Shown one piece after another: positions 21,046 through 32,081 of a stretch of DNA of 57,954 nt. The stretch lies in the NCBI GenBank assembly GCA_050302415.1, contig JBNLBB010000002.1:1-57954 (forward strand). Direction: 5' to 3'. This stretch comes from Gammaproteobacteria bacterium (GTDB lineage: Bacteria; Pseudomonadota; Gammaproteobacteria; JBNLBB01). Within the stretch, counting starts at the first letter, position 1; each line of letters begins with the position of its first letter. The notes under the pieces were generated by a model, which did no database searches, had not been told where the DNA came from, and saw only the letters and a program-made list of their open reading frames with translations. Position numbers and translations under genes: made by a program.

Positions 21046-22404
21046 CTACAACGTATCCATCGCGGCAGAAAGATCTTCCACTGCGATGACCTCCATCCCG
21101 ACGACAGGCTTTTTCGGCGCATTGGCAACCGGTACCACCGCCCGGGTAAATCCCTGCTTGACCGCTTCCCGCAGACGTTCCTGGCCATTGGCCACCGGAC
21201 GAATCTCACCGCCCAGTCCTATTTCGCCAAATGCTACCGTGGTCTGTGGCATGCAACGATCCCGCAGGCTCGACAGCACCGCCAGCAGTACCGGCAGATC
21301 CGCACCGGTTTCCGTAATACGCACGCCACCGACGATATTGACGAAGACATCCTGATCGTAAACTGGGACGCCGCCATGGCGATGCAATACCGCCAGCAGC
21401 ATGGCAAGCCGGTTCTGCTCCATTCCCAGGGTCACGCGGCGTGGATTGGCCAGATGGCTCTCCGCTACCAGCGCCTGGGCCTCGACCAGCATCGGTCGAC
21501 TCCCCTCGCGGGTCACCATGATCATGCTGCCCGGTACCGGTTTAGGGTGTCGTGACAGAAAAATGGCTGACGGGTTGTTCACTTCACGCAAACCGCTGTC
21601 CGTCATGGCAAATACGCCCAACTCGTTCAGCGCACCAAAGCGGTTTTTGACCGCGCGGATGATACGGTACCGTGAATCGGGATCCCCTTCGAAATAGAGC
21701 ACTGTATCGACCATATGCTCCAACACACGGGGGCCGGCCAATTGTCCCTCCTTGGTGACATGACCAATCAGAAACAGCGTGCAGCCGCGGGTTTTTGCAT
21801 AACGCACCAGAGCAGCGGCACATTCGCGGAGTTGGGAAACCGACCCCGGCGCGGACTGGAGCGCGGGTAGGTATGCTGTTTGGATGGAATCGATGACCAG
21901 CAAATCCGGCTTTTCCCGATCCGCCAGCGCCAACACTGCCTCGACATTGATTTCGGAAAAAAGCTTGACCGGCGCGCTGGAAACCCCCAGCCGCGCAGCA
22001 CGGCCACTGATCTGCTCCAGGGACTCCTCCCCCGATACATACAGTACATTCCGGTTTGACGCACAGTGGGCCAGCGATTGGAGCAGCAGGGTCGATTTGC
22101 CAATGCCTGGATCACCACCGATCAAGACGACCGATCCCGGCACCAGACCTCCCCCGAGCACCCGGTCCAGTTCCGACAGACCGCTGGAAGTCCGCTGCGC
22201 CAACTCTGGCGACACCTGATCCAGGCGCTGGACCTGCGCCCCTCCCTCCACCAGCACCAGACCGGCACCAGGGCCCGGTCCACGGCTTGGAGCTACGGAC
22301 TCAACCAGGGTATTCCAGGCCTGGCACTCAACGCACTGACCGGACCATTTGGAGGCCATTGCGCCGCATTCGGTGCAGGTGTAGTTGGTTTTGATTTTTG
22401 CCAT
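21046..22404 (-). CDS. radA: DNA repair protein RadA/Sms
   Basis: Starts MAKIKTNYTCTECGAMASKWSGQCVECQAWNTL (zinc finger). Walker A is GDPGIGKST, the KNRFG motif is present, and the C-terminal domain is Lon-protease-like. Confidence 0.96.
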   Translation of the reverse strand: MAKIKTNYTCTECGAMASKWSGQCVECQAWNTLVESVAPSRGPGPGAGLVLVEGGAQVQRLDQVSPELAQRTSSGLSELDRVLGGGLVPGSVVLIGGDPGIGKSTLLLQSLAHCASNRNVLYVSGEESLEQISGRAARLGVSSAPVKLFSEINVEAVLALADREKPDLLVIDSIQTAYLPALQSAPGSVSQLRECAAALVRYAKTRGCTLFLIGHVTKEGQLAGPRVLEHMVDTVLYFEGDPDSRYRIIRAVKNRFGALNELGVFAMTDSGLREVNNPSAIFLSRHPKPVPGSMIMVTREGSRPMLVEAQALVAESHLANPRRVTLGMEQNRLAMLLAVLHRHGGVPVYDQDVFVNIVGGVRITETGADLPVLLAVLSSLRDRCMPQTTVAFGEIGLGGEIRPVANGQERLREAVKQGFTRAVVPVANAPKKPVVGMEVIAVEDLSAAMDTL

Positions 22405-22486
22405 GCTGATGCTTTCCGCAAACGGCGGCCAGTCTAGCATGGGCGATGAAGCGCGCGCGGGGAGGGGCTTTTGTGGACGATAGAAA

Positions 22487-22684
22487 TGCAAAAGGCGGCA
22501 TCCTGCCGCCTTAAAATCCGTTGCTGCTGAATCCTAGAACTATCCCTGACGCCTTCCCTTGCTAATCCATTCCCTTTTCCCTCGGCGGTAATCATGGTCC
22601 GAAATTGTGGTTTTCGCAAACCGCCGACCTTTGATTGTTGTTACCCTCACTTTTTACCTCGACTAACTATTTATTATTACTATC
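22487..22684 (-). ncRNA. Candidate Csr/Rsm-type small RNA (GGA-rich, with promoter and intrinsic terminator)
   Basis: Nine GGA motifs lie in 22600-22501 on the minus strand. The terminal hairpin GGCGGC-AGGAU-GCCGCC (22494-22510) is followed by UUUU, and the promoter is at 22720-22691. There is no credible ORF. The 5' end is approximate. Confidence 0.5.
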
Positions 22685-22690
22685 AATAAG

Positions 22691-22720
22691 ATACTAGCCA
22701 CAAGCGAATATTGACTGCAA
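22691..22720 (-). promoter_or_regulatory. Putative sigma70 promoter of the candidate sRNA
   Basis: On the minus strand: TTGCAG (22720-22715), 18-nt spacer, TAGTAT (22696-22691). An inverted repeat GGACTACA-N24-TGTAGTCC (22735-22774) lies immediately upstream. Confidence 0.4.
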
Positions 22721-22955
22721 GCGCAATGGCAAAAGGACTACAAAACAATCAGCATTTTCCTACAAATGTAGTCCTCGTTCTGACAGACTCTTCGCCCGAA
22801 CCAAAAGGGCCTACGGCCGCTCTTGCCGTGAGGATACTGAATCTTTTCCGTAGGAGATAACCGGGCAAACTGCCACTGCTGGATTCGTCGCGGGTCGATG
22901 GGCAGCACATCTGCCCTACCGTGCAGTCAGGTAGTCTGAATGGATCAATATCCGC

Positions 22956-24341
22956 CTAGTGCTGGTAACTATCAGCCGTGTAATTTTCAAATCGGGTGAA
23001 TTCACCAAGAAATGTGAGACGGACTGTGTCAATGGGACCATTACGCTGCTTGGCGATAATGATCTCTGCCTTGCCCTTTTCCGCCGTCTCCTGGTTGTAC
23101 ACCTCGTCGCGGTAGATAAACACAATCAGGTCGGCATCCTGTTCGATGGCACCCGACTCACGCAGGTCGGACATGACTGGACGCTTGTCACTGCGCTGCT
23201 CCAGACTGCGATTGAGCTGGGAGAGCGCGATCACCGGGACTGTCAGTTCCTTCGCCAGGGCTTTCAGACCGCGGGAAATTTCCGAAATTTCTGCCACACG
23301 CCCTTCACTGTTTCCCGGAATCTGCATCAACTGCAGATAGTCCACCACAATCAAACCGAGTTCACCATGCTCGCGTACCAGGCGTCGCGCGCGTGCACGC
23401 AGGTCGGAGGGCGCCAGCGCCGGGCTGTCATCGATGAACAGTGGAGCCTCGGACAGCAGACTGATGGCCGAGGTGATCCGGGGCCAATCGTCTTCCTCCA
23501 TCTGACCGGTGCGCACCCGAGTCTGGTTGACCCTGCCAAGTGACGCGATCATACGCATCACCAACTGCTCACCCGGCATCTCCATACTGAAGACTGCCAC
23601 CGGCTTCTTGCTGGAAATGGCAGCACTTTCAGCGATATTCATGGCAAATGTCGTTTTCCCCATGGAAGGGCGACCGGCCACAATGATCAGGTCGGACTTC
23701 TGCAACCCCGAGGTAAGTCGGTCAAAATCAATGTAACCGGTGGCGAGTCCGGTGATCGGTTCGTTTTGGCGGTAGAGGGTGTCAATCTTGTCGACCGCCG
23801 CCTTGAGAAGATCATTGATCGGTGTGAAACCCTGGCGTCCCCGTGCACCCTGCTCCGCTATCTGGAACACCATCTGCTCGGCAGAATCGAGCAACTCCCG
23901 GGTCTCCCGACCGTCTGGGGCGTAACCGCTTTCCGCTATCTTGCCGCCGATACTGATCAGCTGGCGCAACACCGAACGTTCACGGACGATGTCGGCGTAG
24001 GTCTTGATGTTCGCGGCAGAAGGGGTGTTTTGAACCAGCTGGCCCAGATAGGTCATGCTGCCCGCATCGTCCAGCAATTCGCGGCTTTCCAGCCATTCCG
24101 ATACGGTGACGACGTCAGAAGGATTACCGCGCTCCAGCAGATCGTGGATGGCGCGAAAGATCAGGCGATGGTCCTGGCGGTAGAAATCTGCTTCCTGAAT
24201 GCGGTCAGAGACCCGGTACCAGGCCTCATTGTCAAGCATCAGACCACCGAGCACAGCCTGCTCGGCTTCGATGGAGTGGGGTGGAACCCGCAATCGCTCT
24301 GCAGCAGTTTTGAGTGCCAGCGATTTCACGGAATCCGACAT
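22956..24341 (-). CDS. dnaB: Replicative DNA helicase DnaB
   Basis: 461 aa. Contains PHSIEAEQAVLGG, Walker A GRPSMGKTT and the IVVDYLQLM region. Confidence 0.97.
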   Translation of the reverse strand: MSDSVKSLALKTAAERLRVPPHSIEAEQAVLGGLMLDNEAWYRVSDRIQEADFYRQDHRLIFRAIHDLLERGNPSDVVTVSEWLESRELLDDAGSMTYLGQLVQNTPSAANIKTYADIVRERSVLRQLISIGGKIAESGYAPDGRETRELLDSAEQMVFQIAEQGARGRQGFTPINDLLKAAVDKIDTLYRQNEPITGLATGYIDFDRLTSGLQKSDLIIVAGRPSMGKTTFAMNIAESAAISSKKPVAVFSMEMPGEQLVMRMIASLGRVNQTRVRTGQMEEDDWPRITSAISLLSEAPLFIDDSPALAPSDLRARARRLVREHGELGLIVVDYLQLMQIPGNSEGRVAEISEISRGLKALAKELTVPVIALSQLNRSLEQRSDKRPVMSDLRESGAIEQDADLIVFIYRDEVYNQETAEKGKAEIIIAKQRNGPIDTVRLTFLGEFTRFENYTADSYQH

Positions 24342-24412
24342 GGCTGTCTCCCGGCGCCCCCATCCAAACCAGTCAACTGCACGTCGGGAGATTCCCGACG
24401 TGCAGTCCGATT

Positions 24413-24862
24413 TTACTCTTCGCCGATTACGTTTACCGTAATGTTGATTTCCAGATCGGCGTGCAGATGGATCCCCACCGAATGGTCACCAGCGGTACGG
24501 ATGGGACCTTCGTGCAGGCGAATCTCCTGCTTGGCCACATCGTAACCGGCTTCGGACAGGGCCAGCGCCACGTCCACGGTGTTGACGGAACCATACAGCT
24601 TGCCTTCACCGGCAGAACGGGCCTTGATGACCACGCTCACACCTTCCAGCTTTTCGGCACGGCTCTGCGCCACGGCCATCTGGTCGGCTGCTGCCTTTTC
24701 AAGCTCCGCCCGCCGCTCTTCGAACTTCTGGATGTTCTCCGCAGTGGCCGGTGTCGCTTTACCGGTGGGCACCAGATAGTTGCGGCCGTAACCCGCGCGC
24801 ACCCGCACCCGATCGCCCAAGCCACCCAGGTTGTCTACTTTTTGCAGCAATATTACTTCCAT
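24413..24862 (-). CDS. rplI: 50S ribosomal protein L9
   Basis: 149 aa. MEVILLQKVDNLGGLGDRVRVRAGYGRNYL is canonical L9. Confidence 0.97.
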   Translation of the reverse strand: MEVILLQKVDNLGGLGDRVRVRAGYGRNYLVPTGKATPATAENIQKFEERRAELEKAAADQMAVAQSRAEKLEGVSVVIKARSAGEGKLYGSVNTVDVALALSEAGYDVAKQEIRLHEGPIRTAGDHSVGIHLHADLEINITVNVIGEE

Positions 24863-24906
24863 TGGAAATCACCCCACAGTTCGGCGCCCAAAGCGCCGGT
24901 ATACGT

Positions 24907-25869
24907 TCAATCCTGTTTGCCACCGCCGAGTCGGCTCTGAATATCCAACCAGACATTCGAGAAACCTGCTCCGGCGAGCAGCACCATGCCGTGAAGCGGC
25001 ATAAATGCCAGAACTATATACATCAGTCCCAGCCAATACTTCCCCTGCTTGCGGCCATGACTCAAGCCGTGAATCAGGCTGATCCCCGACAAGCCAAACA
25101 GGCTCAACAGTGTCGGTATCAATTCCATCGCAAACTGTCCGGTCACACCGGGGAGCACCACCACGCCCACCGTGATGGCCAACAGCGTGGCAGCCGAGGT
25201 CCTGCTCAGGCGCAGCTTCCGGAACTCCTGGCCAAACCCGCCAGGGTTGTAGAGCTGCGCCTGCCAATGGCGTGCCAGAATCAGACTCAAGGTCACGCTC
25301 AGCCAAATCGCGGCCGCAAAGACCCCAGTCATCAGCTGAGCCGAGTGATGCAGTATCGACTCCAACTCTGCCTGACCAGACACCAGCCCCAAATCCAGCA
25401 TCAAGGGTCCGATGGTTTGAACCAGCAACGGCTCCCAGAAGGTGGTCGGGTCACCGGTGACCACATACATGGCCAACACTGCGGCCAGCGAGAGCGCAGC
25501 CCCTGCTTCCAGGGCCAGGCCCATCGACACTGTTTTGCGCAACACCACCGCCATGAGCAGCACAGGCGCCCATCCGGCCAGCAAGAAGCTGAGCGCCGGT
25601 GCGGCGTGCCGGTACATCAACATAGCCGCCAGTCCGGTAACGACCACCGCGATGGTTGTGGTTACCGCACCCTGTCGGAATCCCTGCCTGAGTCCCACCA
25701 GCGCCACAACGGCATTGCTGATGACGCTCAGTGGCGGCACCAACAACGACAGCAACGCAATGCCCGAGGCACTCAGTGCGGCCGTCAATCTGCCGCGCAT
25801 CACAAACTGAGCAAAAGCCCGCATGAAAAATGCCAGGGCAACCCCGCCCTCCAGGGCAGGGTTGTGCAC
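24907..25869 (-). CDS. Conserved polytopic inner-membrane protein of unknown function
   Basis: 320 aa with multiple hydrophobic helices. It lies between rpsR and rplI, a position I recall also holding a membrane protein in Pseudomonas. Confidence 0.7.
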   Translation of the reverse strand: MHNPALEGGVALAFFMRAFAQFVMRGRLTAALSASGIALLSLLVPPLSVISNAVVALVGLRQGFRQGAVTTTIAVVVTGLAAMLMYRHAAPALSFLLAGWAPVLLMAVVLRKTVSMGLALEAGAALSLAAVLAMYVVTGDPTTFWEPLLVQTIGPLMLDLGLVSGQAELESILHHSAQLMTGVFAAAIWLSVTLSLILARHWQAQLYNPGGFGQEFRKLRLSRTSAATLLAITVGVVVLPGVTGQFAMELIPTLLSLFGLSGISLIHGLSHGRKQGKYWLGLMYIVLAFMPLHGMVLLAGAGFSNVWLDIQSRLGGGKQD

Positions 25870-25872
25870 TAG

Positions 25873-26100
25873 TTAGTCGTGCTGGTCGGTATAGGGCAGC
25901 AGGGCGATATACCGCGCACGCTTGATCGCAGTTGCGAGCTGACGCTGATATCGGGCCTTGGTACCCGTGATACGGCTTGGCACGATCTTGCCAGTTTCCG
26001 TAATGTAACCCTTCAGGGTGTTGATGTCCTTGTAGTCGATCTCCGTCACACCTTCAGCGGTGAAACGGCAAAACTTTCTGCGCCGGAAAAAACGAGACAT
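25873..26100 (-). CDS. rpsR: 30S ribosomal protein S18
   Basis: 75 aa, [25 protein letters not shown]. Confidence 0.97.
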   Translation of the reverse strand: MSRFFRRRKFCRFTAEGVTEIDYKDINTLKGYITETGKIVPSRITGTKARYQRQLATAIKRARYIALLPYTDQHD

Positions 26101-26132
26101 TTGGCTATCCTCTCTGCGTAACGACCTAAAAC

Positions 26133-26552
26133 CTAGACTTCCTCAGCCTCGACTTCAGCTTCGGTGTCGGCGGTATCATCACTGTCCGAATCGTCGTCAT
26201 CCGACGAACGGGATCCACGCTCTTCCTTCTGATCACGGGATTTCGCCAGTACCGAGGTTTCGGTAATGGGTCCGTCTCGCTTGATAATCAGATTGCGCAG
26301 GACAGCGTCGTTAAAACGGAAGGCGGCAATGATTTCATCGAGCGCTTCCTGAGTGCACTCAATGTTCATCAGCACATAGTGTGCCTTATGGATCTTATTG
26401 ATCGGATAGGCCAGCTGGCGTCTGCCCCAGTCCTCAAGGCGATGGATCGTCCCACCGCTGGACTCAATGGTCGCGCGATAGCGCTCGACCATGGCAGGTA
26501 CCTGCTCACTTTGGTCCGGATGGACCAGGAACACGACTTCGTAATGGCGCAT
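26133..26552 (-). CDS. rpsF: 30S ribosomal protein S6
   Basis: [18 protein letters not shown] start at ATG 26552, with an acidic Asp/Glu C-terminal tail. The track ORF is over-extended. Confidence 0.96.
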   Translation of the reverse strand: MRHYEVVFLVHPDQSEQVPAMVERYRATIESSGGTIHRLEDWGRRQLAYPINKIHKAHYVLMNIECTQEALDEIIAAFRFNDAVLRNLIIKRDGPITETSVLAKSRDQKEERGSRSSDDDDSDSDDTADTEAEVEAEEV

Positions 26553-26661
26553 GTCTCCCCCTGGGTTAATAGCCTCCCATACGAGTGGTGAGGCAAGGAG
26601 TTGTTGAAAGAAAGGCGCGGATGATAGCAAAGTCGGGAACAGGCGCAAAGCCCTGAATCCC

Positions 26662-27408
26662 CTATTTTTTGTCTCTGCGCTGGCGAACCGCCTCAAACAG
26701 TGCGATACCGGCTGCCACCGATACATTGAGGCTCTCAACCCGACCCAACATGGGGATCTTCACCAGGTAGTCACACGATTCCCGGGTCAGGCGGCGCAGG
26801 CCATCCCCCTCATTGCCCAACACCAGGGCGCACGGGCCGGAAAAATCAGCATCATAAAGGAGTGCGTCCGTCTCGCCCGCGAAGCCGGTGACCCAAATGC
26901 CCCTTGCCTGCAACTGTTCCAGCGCCCGGGCCAGATTGGTGACCACGACCAGGGGTATGGTGCTGGCCGCTCCGCAAGCCGCCTTGACCGCCACTGGGGT
27001 CAAACCCACCGCTCGATCTTTGGGCACCAGCACTGCATGGACACCTGCGGCATCCGCCGAGCGCAGACAGGCTCCTAAATTGTGCGGATCCTGCACCCCA
27101 TCCAGCACCAGCAGCAGTGGCGGTTGTTCCAGGTTGTCCAGCAGGTCGAGCAACTCGTTGAAGTCCAGGGTGGGTACGGACCGGATGTAGGCCAATACCC
27201 CCTGGTGACGCTCACGACCGGCAAGCCTCTCAATCTCTGCGCGCGACACCTCTTCAACGGCAACACCCAGCACAGCAGCCATGTCGAGCAATTCGCGCAC
27301 CCGCCGATCATCGCGCCCCTGTACCACCATCAGGCAGCGCACATCGCCTGAGTTCTGCAAGGCAGTGCGTACCGCATGGATCCCAAAAATGAGTGATTCA
27401 TTGGACAT
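26662..27408 (-). CDS. rlmB: 23S rRNA (guanosine2251-2'-O)-methyltransferase RlmB (SpoU/TrmH family)
   Basis: [17 protein letters not shown] start and the SpoU motifs [17 protein letters not shown] and [15 protein letters not shown]. It is adjacent to rnr, as in E. coli. Confidence 0.92.
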   Translation of the reverse strand: MSNESLIFGIHAVRTALQNSGDVRCLMVVQGRDDRRVRELLDMAAVLGVAVEEVSRAEIERLAGRERHQGVLAYIRSVPTLDFNELLDLLDNLEQPPLLLVLDGVQDPHNLGACLRSADAAGVHAVLVPKDRAVGLTPVAVKAACGAASTIPLVVVTNLARALEQLQARGIWVTGFAGETDALLYDADFSGPCALVLGNEGDGLRRLTRESCDYLVKIPMLGRVESLNVSVAAGIALFEAVRQRRDKK

Positions 27409-27418
27409 AGGATTGCAA

Positions 27419-28279
27419 TCAGAATCGGTTTCCACCGGCCGACGGCCGGACCACAATTTCCACGCGCCGGTTTCTCGCCCGACCTTCTAAGGTGATGTTG
27501 TCGGCCAGCGGTTCGTCGGCGCCATGCGGTACGATCACAAATCGGTCTGCAGGCAATCCAGCCTCGCGAATCACCGCAGCCACATTCTGGGCCCGCCATA
27601 GCGACAATTGCTGATTGAACTCCTCGCGCCCGGTGCTATCAGTGTGACCGCTCAGGTAGAGCGTCGTATCAGGGTAGGTACCCATCAGCGCGACCACATT
27701 GAATATGAGATCCCGGTATTGCCGGCCGATGGTCGCACTGCCGATTTCGAAATTGATGTAGTAGGTCTGGTTGAGCTTAAGCACAGTAAACGGCGAGAGC
27801 TCCACGGCCTCGGCTTCCGGCTCCGGCGGGCGGCTCACTGACGGCCGAACCGGAACTTCCGCGGGCTTCGGTTCCGGAGCCGGGGCGGTTGGTGCCACCG
27901 ATGGCAGTTCCTGGCTCAAGGGTGTGCCACTCTCTTCGCCCAACTCTTCCAGCAGTGATTCCGCCAGGTCTTCTACTGATAAAGATGCTTCCGGCAGGGT
28001 CAGTTCCGCCGGAATTTCGGCTTCCTGAACAGAGGGTTCCACACACGGGCCGGCCTTGGCTGCCTCGTTGTCAAAATGGTTGCCGACCAGGCCGCCAGCC
28101 GTTCCCTCGGTAGCGGCATATGCCAGCGCCTGCCCGCCCACGATAAAGCCGCTCGCCCCACCGGCAAGTGTCCCGATAATGATTCCTGCCTTCATGCGAC
28201 GGTCCGGATCGCAGGTGGCACATCCGCTCATACCCACCAGAACCAGCACCAACAATAGGACTCTTGGAAAACCCATCAA
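27419..28279 (-). CDS. OmpA-family lipoprotein
   Basis: Lipobox LVGMSGC, a Gly-zipper segment, a Pro/Glu-rich linker, and a C-terminal OmpA_C domain (LSGHTDSTG...NRRVEIVV). Confidence 0.85.
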   Translation of the reverse strand: MMGFPRVLLLVLVLVGMSGCATCDPDRRMKAGIIIGTLAGGASGFIVGGQALAYAATEGTAGGLVGNHFDNEAAKAGPCVEPSVQEAEIPAELTLPEASLSVEDLAESLLEELGEESGTPLSQELPSVAPTAPAPEPKPAEVPVRPSVSRPPEPEAEAVELSPFTVLKLNQTYYINFEIGSATIGRQYRDLIFNVVALMGTYPDTTLYLSGHTDSTGREEFNQQLSLWRAQNVAAVIREAGLPADRFVIVPHGADEPLADNITLEGRARNRRVEIVVRPSAGGNRF

Positions 28280-28311
28280 ACTTATTCTGCTTAAAACCGG
28301 ACTGCGGCTGA

Positions 28312-30543
28312 CTATCTGCTCCGCCGCTTGGGGCGACGCTCATCTCCAACCGGAGTCAGGTCAATGTTGCGCTCATCAAGGTCCACCCGAACCACCTTGA
28401 CCCTGATTCTGTCAGCCAACCGAAAAATCCGACCGGAGCGTTCGCCGACCAGCCGGTGTTTGACCGCGTCAAAGTGGTAGTAGTCCTTGTCGAGTTCGGT
28501 GATGTGAACCAGACCTTCAACAAACACATCCTGGAGCTGGACAAACACGCCAAACCCGGTGACGGCGACAATCATACCATCGTATTCCTGACCCACCTTG
28601 TCGAGCATGAACTCGCACTTGAGCCAATCCACGGCATCTCTGACCGCTTCATCCGAGCGCCGTTCCGTGGTTGAACAGTGCTCGCCCAGACGCTGGAGAT
28701 CGGCCGTGGAATGGACAAATCTCTGCGCTGGCTGTTTGGTCAGCAGGTGTTTCAGAGCACGGTGTACCACCAGATCGGGGTAGCGGCGGATTGGTGAAGT
28801 GAAGTGGGCATACTCCTCCAGCGCCAAACCGAAATGTCCGACATTGTCGGGACGATAGACGGCCTGATTGAGGGAGCGCAGCAACACCGTCTGGATCAGT
28901 CGGGTGTCTTCCCGGGTTTTCGACAGTTCCACCAACTCCGAAAAATGTTTCGGCGACGGATTTTCACCACCGCGCAGCCGGAGACCAAGTTCAGCCAGAA
29001 AGCTGCGCAGATCATCAATCTTGTCACCGTCAGGCTTGGCGTGGATCCGGTATAGACAACCAATCTGGTGTTTGCCCAGGTATTTGGCCACAGCCACATT
29101 GGCCGCGATCATGCATTCTTCGATCAGGCGATGGGCATCATTGCGCACAACCGGCACCACCTCCCGAATCTTCCGGTTTTCGTCAAACAGAAAACGTGTC
29201 TCCTGCGACTCGAAATCGATGGCACCGCGTTTGTCGCGGCGTTTCCGCAGCACCCGGTAGAGATCAAACAGGTGTGTCAACATGGGCAGGATGGCCTGCC
29301 GCCGTCCGCGCGCCTCGGCGTCGGTACCCTCCAGGATGGCCGCCACCTCCGTATAGGTCAGACGCGCATGGGAATGCATCACAGCATTGTGGAATCGGCT
29401 TTTCACCATCTTTCCGGTGGCGTCAAACAGCATCTCCGCAACCATGCAGAGCCGATCGACATCGGGATTCAGTGAGCAGAGCCCGTTGGAGAGCGACTCC
29501 GGGAGCATGGGGATCACCTGCTGCGGGAAATAGGTCGAATTGCCCCGCTTTCTGGCCTCCCGATCCAGCGCAGTGCCTGCTGCCACATAGTGGGCAACAT
29601 CTGCGATAGCCACCCAGAGTCGCCAACCGCCGGAAGTCTGCTCACAGCAGACCGCATCATCGAAATCACGGGCGTCCTCGCCATCGATGGTTACCAGCGG
29701 CAGACTGCGCAGGTCCTTGCGATCACCAATGGAAGCGGGGTCCACGGTGGACCCGTAGGTGTCACTCTGCCGCAGCACCTCCTCGGGCCAGCGGGTGGGT
29801 ATGCCGTGGCTGCGGGCTGCAATTTCGATCTCCATTCCGGGGGCAAAATGGTCACCCAATACTTCGGAAATGCGTCCCACAGGCTGCCGCCGTGAGGTGG
29901 GCTGTTCCACGATCTCCACCACGACCACCTGGCCATCCCGGGCTTTCATGGTTTCTCCGGGAGCGACGATCACATCCTGACTGATCCGGGAGTTGTCCGG
30001 GACCACCAGGTTCACGCCGGTTTCCTGGTGAAAGCGTCCCACTAGTTCCGTATTGGCCCGCTCAAGAATTTCGGCGATGCGCCCTTCCAGGCGTCCCCTG
30101 CGATTGCGGCCAACCGGCCGGACGAGGACCCGGTCCCCATGCAACACGGCACGCATATCACGCTCCGCGAGACTGATCGACTCGCTTCCGTCATCAGGCT
30201 GCAGCCAGCCATAGCCTTCCGGATGCCCGACCACGGTACCGGCGACCAGTTCCATGCGTTGTGCCGCACCATAGCCCGATCGACGATTGCGCAGCAGTTG
30301 CCCGTCCCGGATCATGGCGGACAGTCTGAAGCCCAAAGCTTCGACGTCCTCGTCCTTGCGCAGGCCAAACGCCGCAGCGATGTCCTCCGCGTTTTGCGGC
30401 CCCTGGGCCTGTTCGAGATACTCCAGAATCAGTTCACGGCTCGGGATGGGGCGATCGTACTTCTTTTGCTCCGAGCTCCGACCCGGATCGCTGTCCCGCC
30501 ATCCCGCAAACCGGGTGCTGACTTTTTTCCCTTTTTTCGGCAT
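28312..30543 (-). CDS. rnr: Ribonuclease R
   Basis: 743 aa. Contains the RNB catalytic region (DGEDARDFDDAV), a C-terminal S1 domain (GFGVFVQL) and a basic tail. Confidence 0.96.
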   Translation of the reverse strand: MPKKGKKVSTRFAGWRDSDPGRSSEQKKYDRPIPSRELILEYLEQAQGPQNAEDIAAAFGLRKDEDVEALGFRLSAMIRDGQLLRNRRSGYGAAQRMELVAGTVVGHPEGYGWLQPDDGSESISLAERDMRAVLHGDRVLVRPVGRNRRGRLEGRIAEILERANTELVGRFHQETGVNLVVPDNSRISQDVIVAPGETMKARDGQVVVVEIVEQPTSRRQPVGRISEVLGDHFAPGMEIEIAARSHGIPTRWPEEVLRQSDTYGSTVDPASIGDRKDLRSLPLVTIDGEDARDFDDAVCCEQTSGGWRLWVAIADVAHYVAAGTALDREARKRGNSTYFPQQVIPMLPESLSNGLCSLNPDVDRLCMVAEMLFDATGKMVKSRFHNAVMHSHARLTYTEVAAILEGTDAEARGRRQAILPMLTHLFDLYRVLRKRRDKRGAIDFESQETRFLFDENRKIREVVPVVRNDAHRLIEECMIAANVAVAKYLGKHQIGCLYRIHAKPDGDKIDDLRSFLAELGLRLRGGENPSPKHFSELVELSKTREDTRLIQTVLLRSLNQAVYRPDNVGHFGLALEEYAHFTSPIRRYPDLVVHRALKHLLTKQPAQRFVHSTADLQRLGEHCSTTERRSDEAVRDAVDWLKCEFMLDKVGQEYDGMIVAVTGFGVFVQLQDVFVEGLVHITELDKDYYHFDAVKHRLVGERSGRIFRLADRIRVKVVRVDLDERNIDLTPVGDERRPKRRSR

Positions 30544-30560
30544 TTAAGCTCTTCCGATCG

Positions 30561-30588
30561 TTGACAAGGCTAACAACAAAAGTACAAT
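30561..30588 (+). promoter_or_regulatory. Sigma70 promoter for tRNA-Leu
   Basis: TTGACA (30561-30566), 16-nt spacer, TACAAT (30583-30588), about 30 nt upstream of the tRNA 5' end. Confidence 0.7.
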
Positions 30589-30620
30589 TGCGTTCCTCGA
30601 TGGGCGCCAGTCCATCGTAT

Positions 30621-30707
30621 GCCGAGGTGGCGGAATTGGTAGACGCGCTAGCTTCAGGTGCTAGTGGGGGTAACTCCGTGGAGGTTCAAGTCCTCTCCTC
30701 GGCACCA
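30621..30707 (+). tRNA. tRNA-Leu (anticodon CAG)
   Basis: GCCGAGGTGGCGGAATTGGTAGACGCGCTAGCTTCAGGTGCTAGT...GGTTCAAGTCCTCTCCTCGGCACCA. The anticodon loop is UU-CAG-GU, with a long variable arm and an encoded CCA. Confidence 0.95.
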
Positions 30708-30711
30708 ACAT

Positions 30712-30743
30712 GAAAAACCGGTCCATTGGACCGGTTTTTTTGT
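30712..30743. terminator. Bidirectional intrinsic terminator (tRNA-Leu on +, purA on -)
   Basis: AACCGGTCC-ATT-GGACCGGTT perfect 9-bp hairpin, flanked by A5 upstream and T7 downstream. Confidence 0.85.
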
Positions 30744-30744
30744 T

Positions 30745-32052
<1,308 letters not shown>

Positions 32053-32081
32053 TTAATCACTCAATACTCAGCCACGCGGCA

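Noticed and set aside
22434-22619. 61-aa ORF (minus strand) inside the dnaB-radA spacer, as a possible small protein.
   Set aside because: It has no SD. It reads straight through the intrinsic terminator hairpin, and its composition is dictated by the GGA repeats (Gly/Arg/Glu). An RNA interpretation fits better.
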